Assembly (NCBI GenBank): GCA_017398045.1
Contig: JAFQHI010000026.1
Span: 99,513-163,512 of the forward strand
DNA from: Alistipes sp.
Lineage (GTDB): Bacteria > Bacteroidota > Bacteroidia > Bacteroidales > Rikenellaceae
Direction of reading: 5' to 3'
DNA length: 64,000 nt
Shown: positions 28,873 through 39,448 of the stretch, piece by piece
Position numbering within the stretch: the stretch's first letter is position 1
How the letters are laid out: the number at the start of each line of letters is the position of its first letter
Made by a program: the position numbers and the translations under genes
Notes under the pieces: generated by a model
What the model saw: only the letters and a program-made list of their open reading frames with translations
The model's database searches: none
What the model was told of the DNA's origin: nothing

Positions 28873-28973
28873 GGCCCTTGCAAACTTTGGCATGAAGCCC
28901 GAACGACCCCTATGGGGTGCTTTTTATACATATAGGGTACCGTCCGAGTAAACTCGCGGTACCCTATATGCAT

Positions 28974-28997
28974 AAAAAACCTCTGCTAATGCAGAGG
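28974..28997 (-). terminator. Terminator of tRNA-Ser
   Basis: cctctgc-atta-gcagagg followed by TTTTTT on the minus strand. Confidence 0.7.
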
Positions 28998-29023
28998 TCG
29001 TTCGGGCTGTCATGCCCCTTTTG

Positions 29024-29111
29024 CGGAGAGGAGGGGATTCGAACCCCTGAAACACTTTTGGCGTTTACTCACTTTCCAGGCGAGCCAGTTCAACCACTCC
29101 TGCACCTCTCC
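29024..29111 (-). tRNA. tRNA-Ser(GGA)
   Basis: GGAGAGG/CCTCTCC acceptor stem, ctcgc-CTGGAAA-gtgag anticodon arm, long variable arm, GGTTCGAATCC. Confidence 0.95.
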
Positions 29112-29175
29112 GTTTTGCGGGACAAAGGTAGCATAAAAATTGGAATTTTTACGCTTTCGCCCCGACTTTTTATTG

Positions 29176-30237
29176 CTACTCAATCACCTTCAGCTGTTGG
29201 CGTATCGACTCCTCGTGGATGGCCTGCATCACCGAACGCATAAATTCGCGGTCCATGCCTGCCTCAACGGCCTGGCGGGCGCGACGGGCGAGGATGTCTT
29301 CGTAGCGTTGCGATTGCAACACCGAGAGGTTGTGCGCCTTCTTGTAGCGGCCTATCTCGGTGGCTACCTGCATACGGCGAGCCAGCAGGTCAATCAGTTC
29401 GTCGTCGAGCTTGTCGATTTGGCGACGCAACTCGTTCAGGTTGTCCGTGGTGGTGTTCATATCGCGTAAAATAAGGTTGCTGATAATAAAGGCGAGCGTG
29501 TCGGGAGCCACCTGCTGTGCCTTGTCGCTCCAGGCGGTGTCGGGGGCGCAATGGGCCTCGATCAGGAGGCCGTCGAAGCCGAGGTCCATGGCCTGCTGCG
29601 AGAGGGGGGCAATCAGCTCGCGCTTACCACCGATGTGGCTCGGGTCGCAGAGGATGGGCAGGTTGGGAATACGACGGTGTAACTCAATCGGAATGGTCCA
29701 GAAGGGGTGGTTGCGGTAGATGGACTTATCGACCCACGTGAAGCCGCGATGAATAGCCCCCAGGCGACGAATGCCGGCATTGTAGATGCGCTCCAGCGCA
29801 CCAATCCACAACTCGAGGTCGGGGCTTACGGGGTTTTTGACCAGCACGGGGATATCGACCCCCTTCAGCGTGTCGGCAATCTCCTGCATGGCAAAGGGGT
29901 TGGCGGCTGTTCTGGCTCCAATCCACAGCAGGTCGATACCACCCTCCAATGCGGCCTCTACGTGGGCGCGGGTGGCCACCTCGGTGGCGGTGAACATACC
30001 GGTCTCCTCCTTGACACGGCGCATCCAGGCCATGCCCTCCGTGCCGACGCCCTCGAAACCACCCGGTTTGGTGCGCGGTTTCCACAGTCCGGCGCGGAAT
30101 ATCTGCACGCCGTGGCGTGCCAACGAATGGGCGGTGGTGAGGAGTTGCTCTTCGGTCTCGGCACTGCAAGGGCCGGCAATCAGCAACGGGCGGATACTAT
30201 CAAGACCTGGCAGGGTAATGGGCTGTAAATCTTTCAT
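29176..30237 (-). CDS. Bifunctional DAHP synthase (type Ib)/chorismate mutase
   Basis: IAGPCSAE, WKPRTKPGGFEG, WIGART, CDPSHIGG; C-terminal CM domain LNELRRQIDKLD. Confidence 0.92.
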   Translation of the reverse strand: MKDLQPITLPGLDSIRPLLIAGPCSAETEEQLLTTAHSLARHGVQIFRAGLWKPRTKPGGFEGVGTEGMAWMRRVKEETGMFTATEVATRAHVEAALEGGIDLLWIGARTAANPFAMQEIADTLKGVDIPVLVKNPVSPDLELWIGALERIYNAGIRRLGAIHRGFTWVDKSIYRNHPFWTIPIELHRRIPNLPILCDPSHIGGKRELIAPLSQQAMDLGFDGLLIEAHCAPDTAWSDKAQQVAPDTLAFIISNLILRDMNTTTDNLNELRRQIDKLDDELIDLLARRMQVATEIGRYKKAHNLSVLQSQRYEDILARRARQAVEAGMDREFMRSVMQAIHEESIRQQLKVIE

Positions 30238-30260
30238 GGGTTATAGGATTGTGTAGGTTT

Positions 30261-31100
30261 CTAAATTTCGGGATTGGGACATTCGCGGTACTCGCCGAGG
30301 ATGCTGAAGTCGCTCGTCAGGGGGCGCACCGCCTCGATGGATTGGCGATAGCGGGTATAGTTGTCGAACGTGACGTCGATGTAGAACTGATACTCCCACT
30401 CGTGGCCGATGATGGGCAGCGACTGAATCTTTGTCAGGTTGATGTCGTAGAACGACAGAACGGTGAGAATCTTCGAAAGAGACCCCTGCGTGTGGGGGAG
30501 CGTAAAGCGAATCGAGGCCTTGTTGACCGTCGCGGGGTCCACCACGACCTGCTCCTTGTCGGCCAGAATCAGGAAGCGGGTGAAGTTGTGGCGGTTGGTC
30601 TCGATGGCGCGGGCGAGAATCTCCAGTCCGTACATATGGGCGGCATCCTCGCCACAGATGGCGGCCGTATGGCGCAATCCTCCCTCCAGAATCTCGCGGG
30701 CCGAGCCGGCCGTGTCGTCACGCTCCACGATGCGGGCGTGGGGCATCGTCTTCAGAAAGTCGCCACACTGCATCAGGGCGATGGGGTGGGAGCGTACCTC
30801 CTCGATATCCTCCAGCCGCTGGCCGGGCAGGGCGCAGAGCATATGCGAGATGCGAATCTTCTCCTCGCCGATAATCTGCATACGGCTGCGACGCAAAAGC
30901 TCGTGGTTCGGGAGCAGGGAGCCGGCAATCGTATTCTCGATGGCGGCAATGCCGAGGCGATTGCTATCCTCGGCCAGTCGCTCGAAGAGGACTTCGAAGC
31001 TCTCGCACGGAATCACCTCGATAGGCTCATTGCCGAAGAAACGGTGTGCGGCTGTCTCGTGGAAGCAACCGGCAATGCCCTGTATGGTTACCTGTTTCAT
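30261..31100 (-). CDS. pheA: Prephenate dehydratase with ACT domain
   Basis: Start refined to MKQVTIQG (31100); AIENTIAGS, SHPIALMQC, NFTRF, INLTKIQSLP. Confidence 0.92.
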   Translation of the reverse strand: MKQVTIQGIAGCFHETAAHRFFGNEPIEVIPCESFEVLFERLAEDSNRLGIAAIENTIAGSLLPNHELLRRSRMQIIGEEKIRISHMLCALPGQRLEDIEEVRSHPIALMQCGDFLKTMPHARIVERDDTAGSAREILEGGLRHTAAICGEDAAHMYGLEILARAIETNRHNFTRFLILADKEQVVVDPATVNKASIRFTLPHTQGSLSKILTVLSFYDINLTKIQSLPIIGHEWEYQFYIDVTFDNYTRYRQSIEAVRPLTSDFSILGEYRECPNPEI

Positions 31101-31124
31101 AAATTCAAAGTGGCTTTTCAGTAA

Positions 31125-31158
31125 AAATCCCACTCTTGCACGGGCAGGAGCGGGATTT
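31125..31158 (-). terminator. Attenuator terminator upstream of pheA
   Basis: aaatcccgctc...gagtgggattt followed by a U-run, between the leader peptide and pheA. Confidence 0.75.
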
Positions 31159-31177
31159 CAAATTCGTTGTTATCGTT

Positions 31178-31258
31178 TTAATACATACGCGCCATCTCGC
31201 CCCTTTTCTTGTCGCCAAAAAAGAAGTAATAAAAGCCGTATGCAAAAAAGTTCGTCAT
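31178..31258 (-). CDS. Phe/Tyr-rich attenuation leader peptide (26 aa)
   Basis: MTNFFAYGFYYFFFGDKKRGEMARMY*; 9 of residues 4-14 are F or Y. Confidence 0.8.
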   Translation of the reverse strand: MTNFFAYGFYYFFFGDKKRGEMARMY

Positions 31259-31409
31259 ATCTGTTTGCAAATTTAGGCAAAAAGTGGAAAAATCCAACCC
31301 TTTGTACCAAATTTTTCGTCCTTTCGGGGCAAAATTTTATGATCGCGGTATCTTGCTATCCTTTTTTTGCTACCTTTGTTTTAGGTTTTAATTTAATTGC
31401 GCTGTTGTC

Positions 31410-32597
31410 ATGAAACGCATTTTGGGAATTGTGGCGGTACTTTTCGTGGTAAGTATCGCTTCGGTGTCTGCTCAGAATAAGAGTTCTTATAAAGTTGGCG
31501 ATTACTATGCCGACGATACCAAACGAGGCTTTGTGTTCCAGGTGGATGAGGATGGTCGTAGCGGTAAGATTATCAGCCTGGGAGAGACCAAATTGCCGTG
31601 GTATCAAGGATCGAAAAGAGAGAAACCCCAAAAAATGGGGCTTGAAAACGAGCAGTTCGGCCTATTTAATTTGGTCAAGCTGCGCCATACCGAAGGGTGG
31701 CATGAGTTGTTCCCGGCCTTTGCGTGGTGTGCCGATTTGGGCAATGGCTGGTATTTGCCCTCTACGGGTGAGTTGGAGGAGATTGCCAAGCAACACAAGG
31801 TGTTAAATGATGCGATGCTTCGATTTCCGGGGGCGCATCAAATTCAAGGCATCTATTGGGCCTCTAACGAGGATGCCCAACATGCGGATCGATCGTGGAC
31901 TGCACTCCATTATGGTGGCAGTGCAAGCATGTTGAAGCGGGATGTGAATGCGGTACGCGCCGTTGCATGTTTCAAATTAGAGTCCGATGCAGCAAGCCAA
32001 ACGCCTGCGCGAAGCATCACACACACGCCTGCACGAAATACGGCACGGACGACCCAAACACCCCCTTCGGCAACCGCCACAACGGTCAAAACCTATAAGG
32101 TGGGGGATTACTACAACGACGGCACCAAAGAGGGTATCGTGTTTTGGGTCGATGCCTCCGGTAAACATGGTAAGATCGTAAGCCTTGATGAAGGGAAACT
32201 TCAATGGGGTACAGATGAGCAATATGAAAAGCATATAGTGACCGGTGCTTGCGACGAATTCGATGGCAAAACCAATACCGATAAGATTATGGCGCGCGCC
32301 GACCGAGCAGCCTATCCGGCGTTTGTTTGGTGTCGCAAAAAGGGAAGGGATTGGTATCTTCCTGCATTAGAAGAACTAAAGAGTCTGTTGCGTGATACTT
32401 CGGTGTGTGATGCAGTAGAAAAGAGTCTGAAAAGTAAAGGCGCTGATGGATTTACAAGAAAGCCTTATTGGTCTTCAACAGAAGATCAGGATCTGGATAC
32501 AGGGACCTGCGCGTGGTATGTCTATATGTACTATGGCTACACCAGCACGTTCCCTAAGAACTACTACGACTGTGTGCGCGCCGTCGCTACCTTTTAG
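31410..32597 (+). CDS. Secreted protein with two DUF1566/Lcl-like (C-type-lectin-fold) repeats
   Basis: Signal peptide; duplicated module YKVGDYY..G.VF.VD..G..GKI.SL...WYLP...EL...YW.S.E...VRAVA.F. Confidence 0.7.
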   Translation: MKRILGIVAVLFVVSIASVSAQNKSSYKVGDYYADDTKRGFVFQVDEDGRSGKIISLGETKLPWYQGSKREKPQKMGLENEQFGLFNLVKLRHTEGWHELFPAFAWCADLGNGWYLPSTGELEEIAKQHKVLNDAMLRFPGAHQIQGIYWASNEDAQHADRSWTALHYGGSASMLKRDVNAVRAVACFKLESDAASQTPARSITHTPARNTARTTQTPPSATATTVKTYKVGDYYNDGTKEGIVFWVDASGKHGKIVSLDEGKLQWGTDEQYEKHIVTGACDEFDGKTNTDKIMARADRAAYPAFVWCRKKGRDWYLPALEELKSLLRDTSVCDAVEKSLKSKGADGFTRKPYWSSTEDQDLDTGTCAWYVYMYYGYTSTFPKNYYDCVRAVATF

Positions 32598-32605
32598 GCC
32601 TTAGG

Positions 32606-34213
32606 TTACTCCCTCCCCTCGAAATAGTAGGGCGCGTAGCTCCAGCCGTACAGCTCGTAGAGGCGACGCATCTGCTCCATGCGGGCGCGGATGGTTGTCG
32701 GATTGCGCCTGTCGGTGGCCCATTGCACCTCCGAAAGGGCCGCCAGGCGCGGCAACAACATCCGTTGCAGGTGGTCGAACGAGGTGATGTACTCGCTCCA
32801 GAGGTTGCACTGCAGGCCGTAGATGTAGGGCCGTTCGTCGGCCGTCAGCCCCTCGTAGGGGTTCCAGCCATAGACCTTCTCGAACGATACCCAGCCACCG
32901 ATGGCCAACCCCTCACCCTCCTGGCTCTTCGTCTGGTAGAAGTCGAAGTAGCAGTAATCCATCGGGGTCATGATGGCGAGGTTGCCATGCTGGGCGGCAT
33001 AGATGCCACCCTTCGAGCCTTGCCACGACATCACCGTGGCCTCGGGACTTACACCGCCTGCCAGGATATCGTCCCAGCCGATGATGCGACGGCCGTGCTT
33101 GGCCAGGAAACGCTCGATGCGCCCCGTGAGGTAACTTTGGAGCTGATTCTCGGCCGTGCGTGTCTCGCTCTCGTCCTTCAACCCCAGCTCGCGGATGCGG
33201 GCCTGACAATGTGCGCACTCCTCCCAACGCTCCTTCGGACACTCGTCGCCACCGATGTGGATATACTCCGAGGGGAAGAGTTCGATGACCTCGCCGAGTA
33301 CATTCTCCAAAAATTCGTAGGTCGTCTCCTTGCCGCCACACATTACCTCGGGCGATACGCCCCAATGGGTCCAGACCTCGACCTGCTGCTCCTCGCAACC
33401 CAACCACGGCAGGGCGTGCAGGGCCGCCTGGGCGTGGCTCGGCATCTCGATTTCGGGAATGATGGTGATGTATCGCTCGGCCGCGTAGCGCACGATGTCG
33501 CGAATCTCCTCCTGCGTGAAGAAGTAGGGGCCGTAGGGGATGCCGTCGTAGGTCGTCGAGCGGAGGCAGTGGCCGATGAGCGTTTCGTTACGCTTCGAGG
33601 CGCGCTCCGTCAGCTCGGGGTAGCGTTTAATCTCGATGCGCCACCCCTGGTCGTCCGTCAGGTGCCAATGGAGGCGATTGAGCTTGTGGGCAGCGAGGAT
33701 ATCGAGGTAGTGCTTCACCTCCTCGACGGTGAAGAAGTGGCGCACGACATCCATGTGCGCACCGCGATAGGCAAAGTTGGGCTGGTCCTCCACCTCGCAG
33801 CAGGGGATGGCCGTGCGATGTTGCACGATAAGCTGGCGCAACGATTGCAAGGCGTAATAAACGCCCGCCTCCGAACCACCTGCGATGTGAATCGCGTGGG
33901 GCGTAATCTGCATACGATACCCCTCGGCGTGCAGCGAGGCATCTGTTGTAAGGTGGATGCCGTCGATACGCTTCGTATGGGCGCGGGGAGCCTTCAGCGA
34001 TACGATGGGGGCTACATCCTCGATGAATCGCTCTGCCGGATTCTCAAGCCCCTTTTCGATGTGTATCGGTGTCTTGTGCGAGAGGCGGAATATCCCCTCC
34101 GAGGGGCGAATCGCGGTGGGTTGAGGCAGAATCGAGTAGGTCGTGGCCGATGCGCCGAATGTGAGCAGCAGGGCTGTAACAAGTGCCACCCAACTGCGCA
34201 GGGTGTGTATCAT
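32606..34213 (-). CDS. Beta-N-acetylhexosaminidase (GH20)
   Basis: YRGAHMDVVRHF, LHWHLTDDQGWRIEI, IPEIEMPSH, HIGGDEC, IYGLQCNLWSE. Confidence 0.93.
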   Translation of the reverse strand: MIHTLRSWVALVTALLLTFGASATTYSILPQPTAIRPSEGIFRLSHKTPIHIEKGLENPAERFIEDVAPIVSLKAPRAHTKRIDGIHLTTDASLHAEGYRMQITPHAIHIAGGSEAGVYYALQSLRQLIVQHRTAIPCCEVEDQPNFAYRGAHMDVVRHFFTVEEVKHYLDILAAHKLNRLHWHLTDDQGWRIEIKRYPELTERASKRNETLIGHCLRSTTYDGIPYGPYFFTQEEIRDIVRYAAERYITIIPEIEMPSHAQAALHALPWLGCEEQQVEVWTHWGVSPEVMCGGKETTYEFLENVLGEVIELFPSEYIHIGGDECPKERWEECAHCQARIRELGLKDESETRTAENQLQSYLTGRIERFLAKHGRRIIGWDDILAGGVSPEATVMSWQGSKGGIYAAQHGNLAIMTPMDYCYFDFYQTKSQEGEGLAIGGWVSFEKVYGWNPYEGLTADERPYIYGLQCNLWSEYITSFDHLQRMLLPRLAALSEVQWATDRRNPTTIRARMEQMRRLYELYGWSYAPYYFEGRE

Positions 34214-34229
34214 GAGGATGGTGTTTAGG

Positions 34230-34988
34230 TTACTTTTTCTTGCCTCGGATGAGCTTCTTCAGGCGGTCGCGGTGGTCGCGGGCCACAACGAAGTTGCTGT
34301 ATTGACGCGCTCCGTCCATCTGGCTGTAGTAGTTGTCCCAGCCGCGAAGCTCTCCGTAACGTCCCAGAATATAGCTGTGGGCAGTCATCGGGCAGTTGAA
34401 ACGTCGCAGGTTGTAAAGGCTCTCCTTGCGCGTAAGCTCGCGACCGCGGAAATTCATGCGGTTGATATCAATCACCTCGAAGTGGCAGCGACCCGCTTCG
34501 TCGATTTTCCACTGCGTGTTGCCGTTGTTGAAGTCCCCATGCTCCACCCCCTTGCGATGCAGGTCGGCAATGAAGGCGGCCATGCCCTCCAGTACGGGCA
34601 GTGTGTGCGGTGCGGGGAAGGCGTTGGTCATCTCCGAGATGGGCTTGAAGTCCGAATAGCGGGTGATGAGGTAGGTATCCCGAATGATGCCCCGTCGGTA
34701 ATCCTCGCGCCAGCCGATGGGTTCGGGGGTCGGAATCTTCAGACGGCACAACTCGGTGGCGTGTTCGAAGGCGCGTCGAGCCTTGCTCTTGCGCAGGTGA
34801 CCGTAGGTGAGGGCGTTGATTCCCGACGGTTTGCGAAAGCGTTTAACGGTGATTCGCTCGCCTGCCACCTCGAACGAACGGATGGTGTTGCGACCCTGAA
34901 AAATCAGTTTGCCCTGCTCGAAGCGGTCGGGCAACTGCTCGATAAACGAGCGAAATCGCTCCATGGAGGGGTTGATGTAGCACTTCAT
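34230..34988 (-). CDS. LPS kinase (Kdo/WaaP/InaA family)
   Basis: Start refined to MKCYINP; VKRF, HGDFNNGN, VIDINRM. Confidence 0.75.
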   Translation of the reverse strand: MKCYINPSMERFRSFIEQLPDRFEQGKLIFQGRNTIRSFEVAGERITVKRFRKPSGINALTYGHLRKSKARRAFEHATELCRLKIPTPEPIGWREDYRRGIIRDTYLITRYSDFKPISEMTNAFPAPHTLPVLEGMAAFIADLHRKGVEHGDFNNGNTQWKIDEAGRCHFEVIDINRMNFRGRELTRKESLYNLRRFNCPMTAHSYILGRYGELRGWDNYYSQMDGARQYSNFVVARDHRDRLKKLIRGKKK

Positions 34989-35088
34989 AGGTGCAAAGAT
35001 AAGGAAAAAGACCGTCTTTTCGGACAGTCTTCTTCCTTTTTTAGTGGTCGATAGGACCTTTTTCCTCGCACGTGAGGGGCGAAAGGTG

Positions 35089-36261
35089 CTATTTGTAGAG
35101 CGAGCAGGCGATTCCCATCTCCAGTCCGCGCAACTCGGCAAGTCCGCGCATACGGCCGTAGCACGAGTAACCCGGGTTCGATTTGCGGTTCAAATCGTCG
35201 CACATCTGGTGACCGTGGTCGGGGCGCATCGGAATCGAACGCTGGTACTTCTGCTGAATCTCGAGGAAGGCCTTCATCACCTCATACATCGGTACGTCGC
35301 CCTCCAGGTGGTTGTCCTCCTGGAAGTTGCCCTCGGCATCGCGGCGCGTCGAACGCAGGTGAACGAACCCTACGCGCTCACCAAACTCGCGCATGATGGC
35401 CGGCAGGTCGTTATCCCCGCGCACACCAAACGAACCGGTGCAGAGGCACAGCCCGTTCGATTTGTTGGGTACGGCCGCAATCAGCTTGCGGAAATCCTCG
35501 GCCGTGGACATGATGCGCGGCAGGCCCAGAATCGGATACGGGGGGTCGTCGGGGTGAATCACCATCTCGGCACCCACCTCGTCGGCAACGGGGCAAATCT
35601 CGCTCAAGAAGTAAATCAGGTTCGAGCGCAAGGTCTCGGCATCGACCTCCTTGTAGCGGTCGAGGGCCTCGCGGAACTGCTCAATCGTGAAGCTCTCTTC
35701 GGCACCCGGCAGACCGGCAATCATGTTGCGCGTAATCAGCTCCTTCTCGGCCTCGTCCATCGCCTCGAAACGTGCTTTGGCACGTGCCTGCTCCTCGGCC
35801 GTGTACTCCTCCTTGGCAGCCTCACGCTTCAGGATGAAGAGGTCGAAGGCCATGAAGGCGGCACGCTCGAAACGCAACGCCTTCGAACCATCCTCGACCG
35901 TGTAGGCCAGGTTCGTGCGCGTCCAGTCCAGCACGGGCATGAAGTTGTAGGTGATGCAGGTGATGCCACACGCAGCCAGGTTGCGAATCGACTGCTTGTA
36001 GTTCTCGATATACTTCTGATACTCGCCCTCGCGGGTCTTGATATGCTCATGTACGGGAACCGACTCCACGACCGACCAGGTCATGCCATACTCGGCAATC
36101 ATGGCCTGACGCTTCTTAATCTCCTCCACGGGCCATACCTCACCGTTGGGAATGTGGTGCAGGGCGTGAACAATATCCGTTGCGCCTGCCTGACGGATGT
36201 TGGCGAGTGATACCGGATCATTCGGACCGTACCAACGCCACGATTGTTTGCAAAGATACAT
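35089..36261 (-). CDS. uxuA: Mannonate dehydratase
   Basis: Start [15 protein letters not shown]; [30 protein letters not shown]. Confidence 0.95.
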   Translation of the reverse strand: MYLCKQSWRWYGPNDPVSLANIRQAGATDIVHALHHIPNGEVWPVEEIKKRQAMIAEYGMTWSVVESVPVHEHIKTREGEYQKYIENYKQSIRNLAACGITCITYNFMPVLDWTRTNLAYTVEDGSKALRFERAAFMAFDLFILKREAAKEEYTAEEQARAKARFEAMDEAEKELITRNMIAGLPGAEESFTIEQFREALDRYKEVDAETLRSNLIYFLSEICPVADEVGAEMVIHPDDPPYPILGLPRIMSTAEDFRKLIAAVPNKSNGLCLCTGSFGVRGDNDLPAIMREFGERVGFVHLRSTRRDAEGNFQEDNHLEGDVPMYEVMKAFLEIQQKYQRSIPMRPDHGHQMCDDLNRKSNPGYSCYGRMRGLAELRGLEMGIACSLYK

Positions 36262-36281
36262 GGTAGTAATGCTATTTAGGG

Positions 36282-36404
36282 TTTTCGATTTTATGCGGCA
36301 TCTTTTCGCCTTCCCTCGCACGCCCCGAATGGGCAGTACCTCTTGTACAGCCCATCCGTGCCGTACTTCACGAAAACAAAAAGCTGCTCGCCTAAAATCA
36401 AAAA
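36282..36404. repeat. ~123-bp palindromic REP/MITE-like element, copy 2
   Basis: Same termini and central gaatggg..tac..gta..cccatcc as 15448-15571. Confidence 0.7.
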
Positions 36405-36418
36405 CGGTGTTTTTTAAT

Positions 36419-36550
36419 GATATTAAAGAAATTAACGATATTAAAGAAATTAAGGAGCGTTGTTTTTAAGTGCTTTTTCTAAAATCTTACTCGCTTTTGC
36501 GCTCTAAATCTCTCTAAATCTTTCCTCTTTCCTCTTCGCTCTTTCCTCTT
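36419..36550. repeat. 9-bp-period TTAA array plus pyrimidine heptamer array
   Basis: gatattaaa gaaattaac gatattaaa gaaattaag; then ctctttc-type units at 36520-36550. Confidence 0.65.
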
Positions 36551-37369
36551 TTAGATGCTGAAAGCATCAAAACCGCCATCGACGACAATCACCGTGCCGC
36601 TCACGGCCTTCGAGGCATCCGAAGCGAGCCACTGCAACGTGCCGACCAGCTCGTCCGGCTCCAGGAAGCGGCCATAGGGCGTGTGCGAGAGAATCGTGTG
36701 CGAGCGGGGCGTGAGCGACCCGTCGGGGTTGGTCAGCAGGGCGCGATTCTGGTTCGTGAGCAAGAAACCCGGAGCGATGGCATTGACGCGCAGGCCGTCA
36801 CCGAATTTGATGGCCAGCTCACCGCACAGATACTTCGTCCAGTTCGATACGGCAGCCTTGGCAACACCATAACCGGCCACGCGCGTCAGCGGACGCAGAG
36901 CCGACTCGGACGAGAAGTTGATAATCGAGCCGCACTTCTTCTCCACCATGGCCTTGGCAAAGACCATCGTCGGGAGAATCGTACCGAAGAGGTTCAGCTC
37001 CGTGCAGAGCTTCACGGCCTCCACGTCCAAATCGAAAATCGTCTGGTCGGGCTGCACCGTAGCGCGGGCCATGTTGCCACCGGCGGCATTGAGCAGGATA
37101 TCAATCGTGCTGTATTTGGCCATGATGTCGTTGTAGTTCTGCTCCAGAATCTCCTTGTCCAGCACATTGGTCGGGAAGAAGCAGGCCTCACCACCCTCGG
37201 CTTTGATTTCCGCAATCAGCCCCTCGGCAATCTCGCGCGTGCGCTCCAAATCGAGCAGTACGACCTTTGCGCCCTGCTCGGCAAAATGTTTTACGATGGT
37301 CGAACCCAGGATGCCGCAGGCACCCGTCATGACAACCACCTTACCCTCTACGCTAAATAAATTTTTCAT
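36551..37369 (-). CDS. uxuB: D-mannonate oxidoreductase (SDR family)
   Basis: TGACGILG, LNAAGGN, YGVAK, RVNAIAPGF; upstream of uxuA. Confidence 0.8.
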   Translation of the reverse strand: MKNLFSVEGKVVVMTGACGILGSTIVKHFAEQGAKVVLLDLERTREIAEGLIAEIKAEGGEACFFPTNVLDKEILEQNYNDIMAKYSTIDILLNAAGGNMARATVQPDQTIFDLDVEAVKLCTELNLFGTILPTMVFAKAMVEKKCGSIINFSSESALRPLTRVAGYGVAKAAVSNWTKYLCGELAIKFGDGLRVNAIAPGFLLTNQNRALLTNPDGSLTPRSHTILSHTPYGRFLEPDELVGTLQWLASDASKAVSGTVIVVDGGFDAFSI

Positions 37370-37539
37370 CTTTTATTGGTTGTTTTATGTTGTTTTTACG
37401 CTTTTTAGTCGCGAAACGGATTTCTGTAGCGGCTTCGTATGTGCGGCCTGCAAAATCCATTCTACAAATATAGCAAAATCTTTTGAAAAAGCCGCTTAAA
37501 ATTTCAATTTTAATCTTTCGTTTTTACGTTGAAAAATCG

Positions 37540-37547
37540 TATCTTTG
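37540..37547 (+). promoter_or_regulatory. -7 promoter element for eno
   Basis: TATCTTTG matches TAnnTTTG. Confidence 0.6.
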
Positions 37548-37588
37548 TCCCGAATTTTGAAAAAACGCATTAAAACCATAAATTTTAA

Positions 37589-38884
<1,296 letters not shown>

Positions 38885-38887
<3 letters not shown>

Positions 38888-39008
38888 AATCGCATATAAC
38901 GGGTGATTTCTGCGTTACGCTCGAACCGAAAATGCTCACATACGCAGAGTATGCTCCGCTGTTCGGTTCATCGCAAGCCTTGAAATCCCCACGTTATCTG
39001 CAATTTTA
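38885..39008. repeat. 124-bp long palindromic element
   Basis: taaaatcgca...tgcaatttta with nested stems around catacgcagagtatg. Confidence 0.7.
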
Positions 39009-39017
39009 TGAGTAAAT

Positions 39018-39053
39018 AAGAGGTCGCTCGGTTGTGGGCGACCTCTCTTTTTT
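39018..39053 (+). terminator. eno terminator
   Basis: agaggtcgc / gcgacctct plus T-run. Confidence 0.75.
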
Positions 39054-39064
39054 GTTGGGTGTGG

Positions 39065-39220
39065 TAAGGGTGCTTAAAGGTGCTTAAGGGTGCTTAAGGG
39101 TGCTTAAGGTCTCTTAAGGTCTCTTAAGGTTTCTTAAGGTATGGCCGTCTTTAGCTTCCTTTAATCTCCTTTAATCTCCTTTAATCTCCTTTAGTTCCCT
39201 TTAGTTCCCTTTAGCTCCCC
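39065..39220. repeat. Two-armed 10-bp-period array (CTTAAGG units, then CTTTA[AG] units)
   Basis: tgcttaaggg/ctcttaaggt x~7, then ttaatctcct/ttagttccct x~7. Confidence 0.85.
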
Positions 39221-39344
39221 TTTCCTCCTCACTCTTCTTTCTCTTCTCTTCTCTTCGCTCTTCGCTCTCACCTCTTTCCTCTTTGCTCTTTCCTCTTTAA
39301 CCCACCTTCGGTGGCTTGACTTTACGCTTTACGTTTCCTCCTCG

Positions 39345-39448
39345 CGGCTTGGCAAAACCCAAACGAGTTTGGGTTTGCTCTCGCTCCGCAGCGTCGGTTG
39401 CTCCGGCTCGGCATCACGCAAGCGTGTGCGCTCGCCTTAATCGCAAAG
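39345..39448. repeat. Two REP-like hairpins embedded in pyrimidine heptamer tracts
   Basis: cggcttggca-aaacccaaacgagtttgggttt-gctctcgc and cggctcggca-tcacgcaagcgtgt-gcgctcgc. Confidence 0.55.

Noticed and set aside
29024-29111. tRNA-Ser as a classical attB with a same-orientation 3' duplication at the far island end
   Set aside because: The tRNA-like copies at 15723 and 28769 are inverted relative to the gene; no same-strand duplicate was found.
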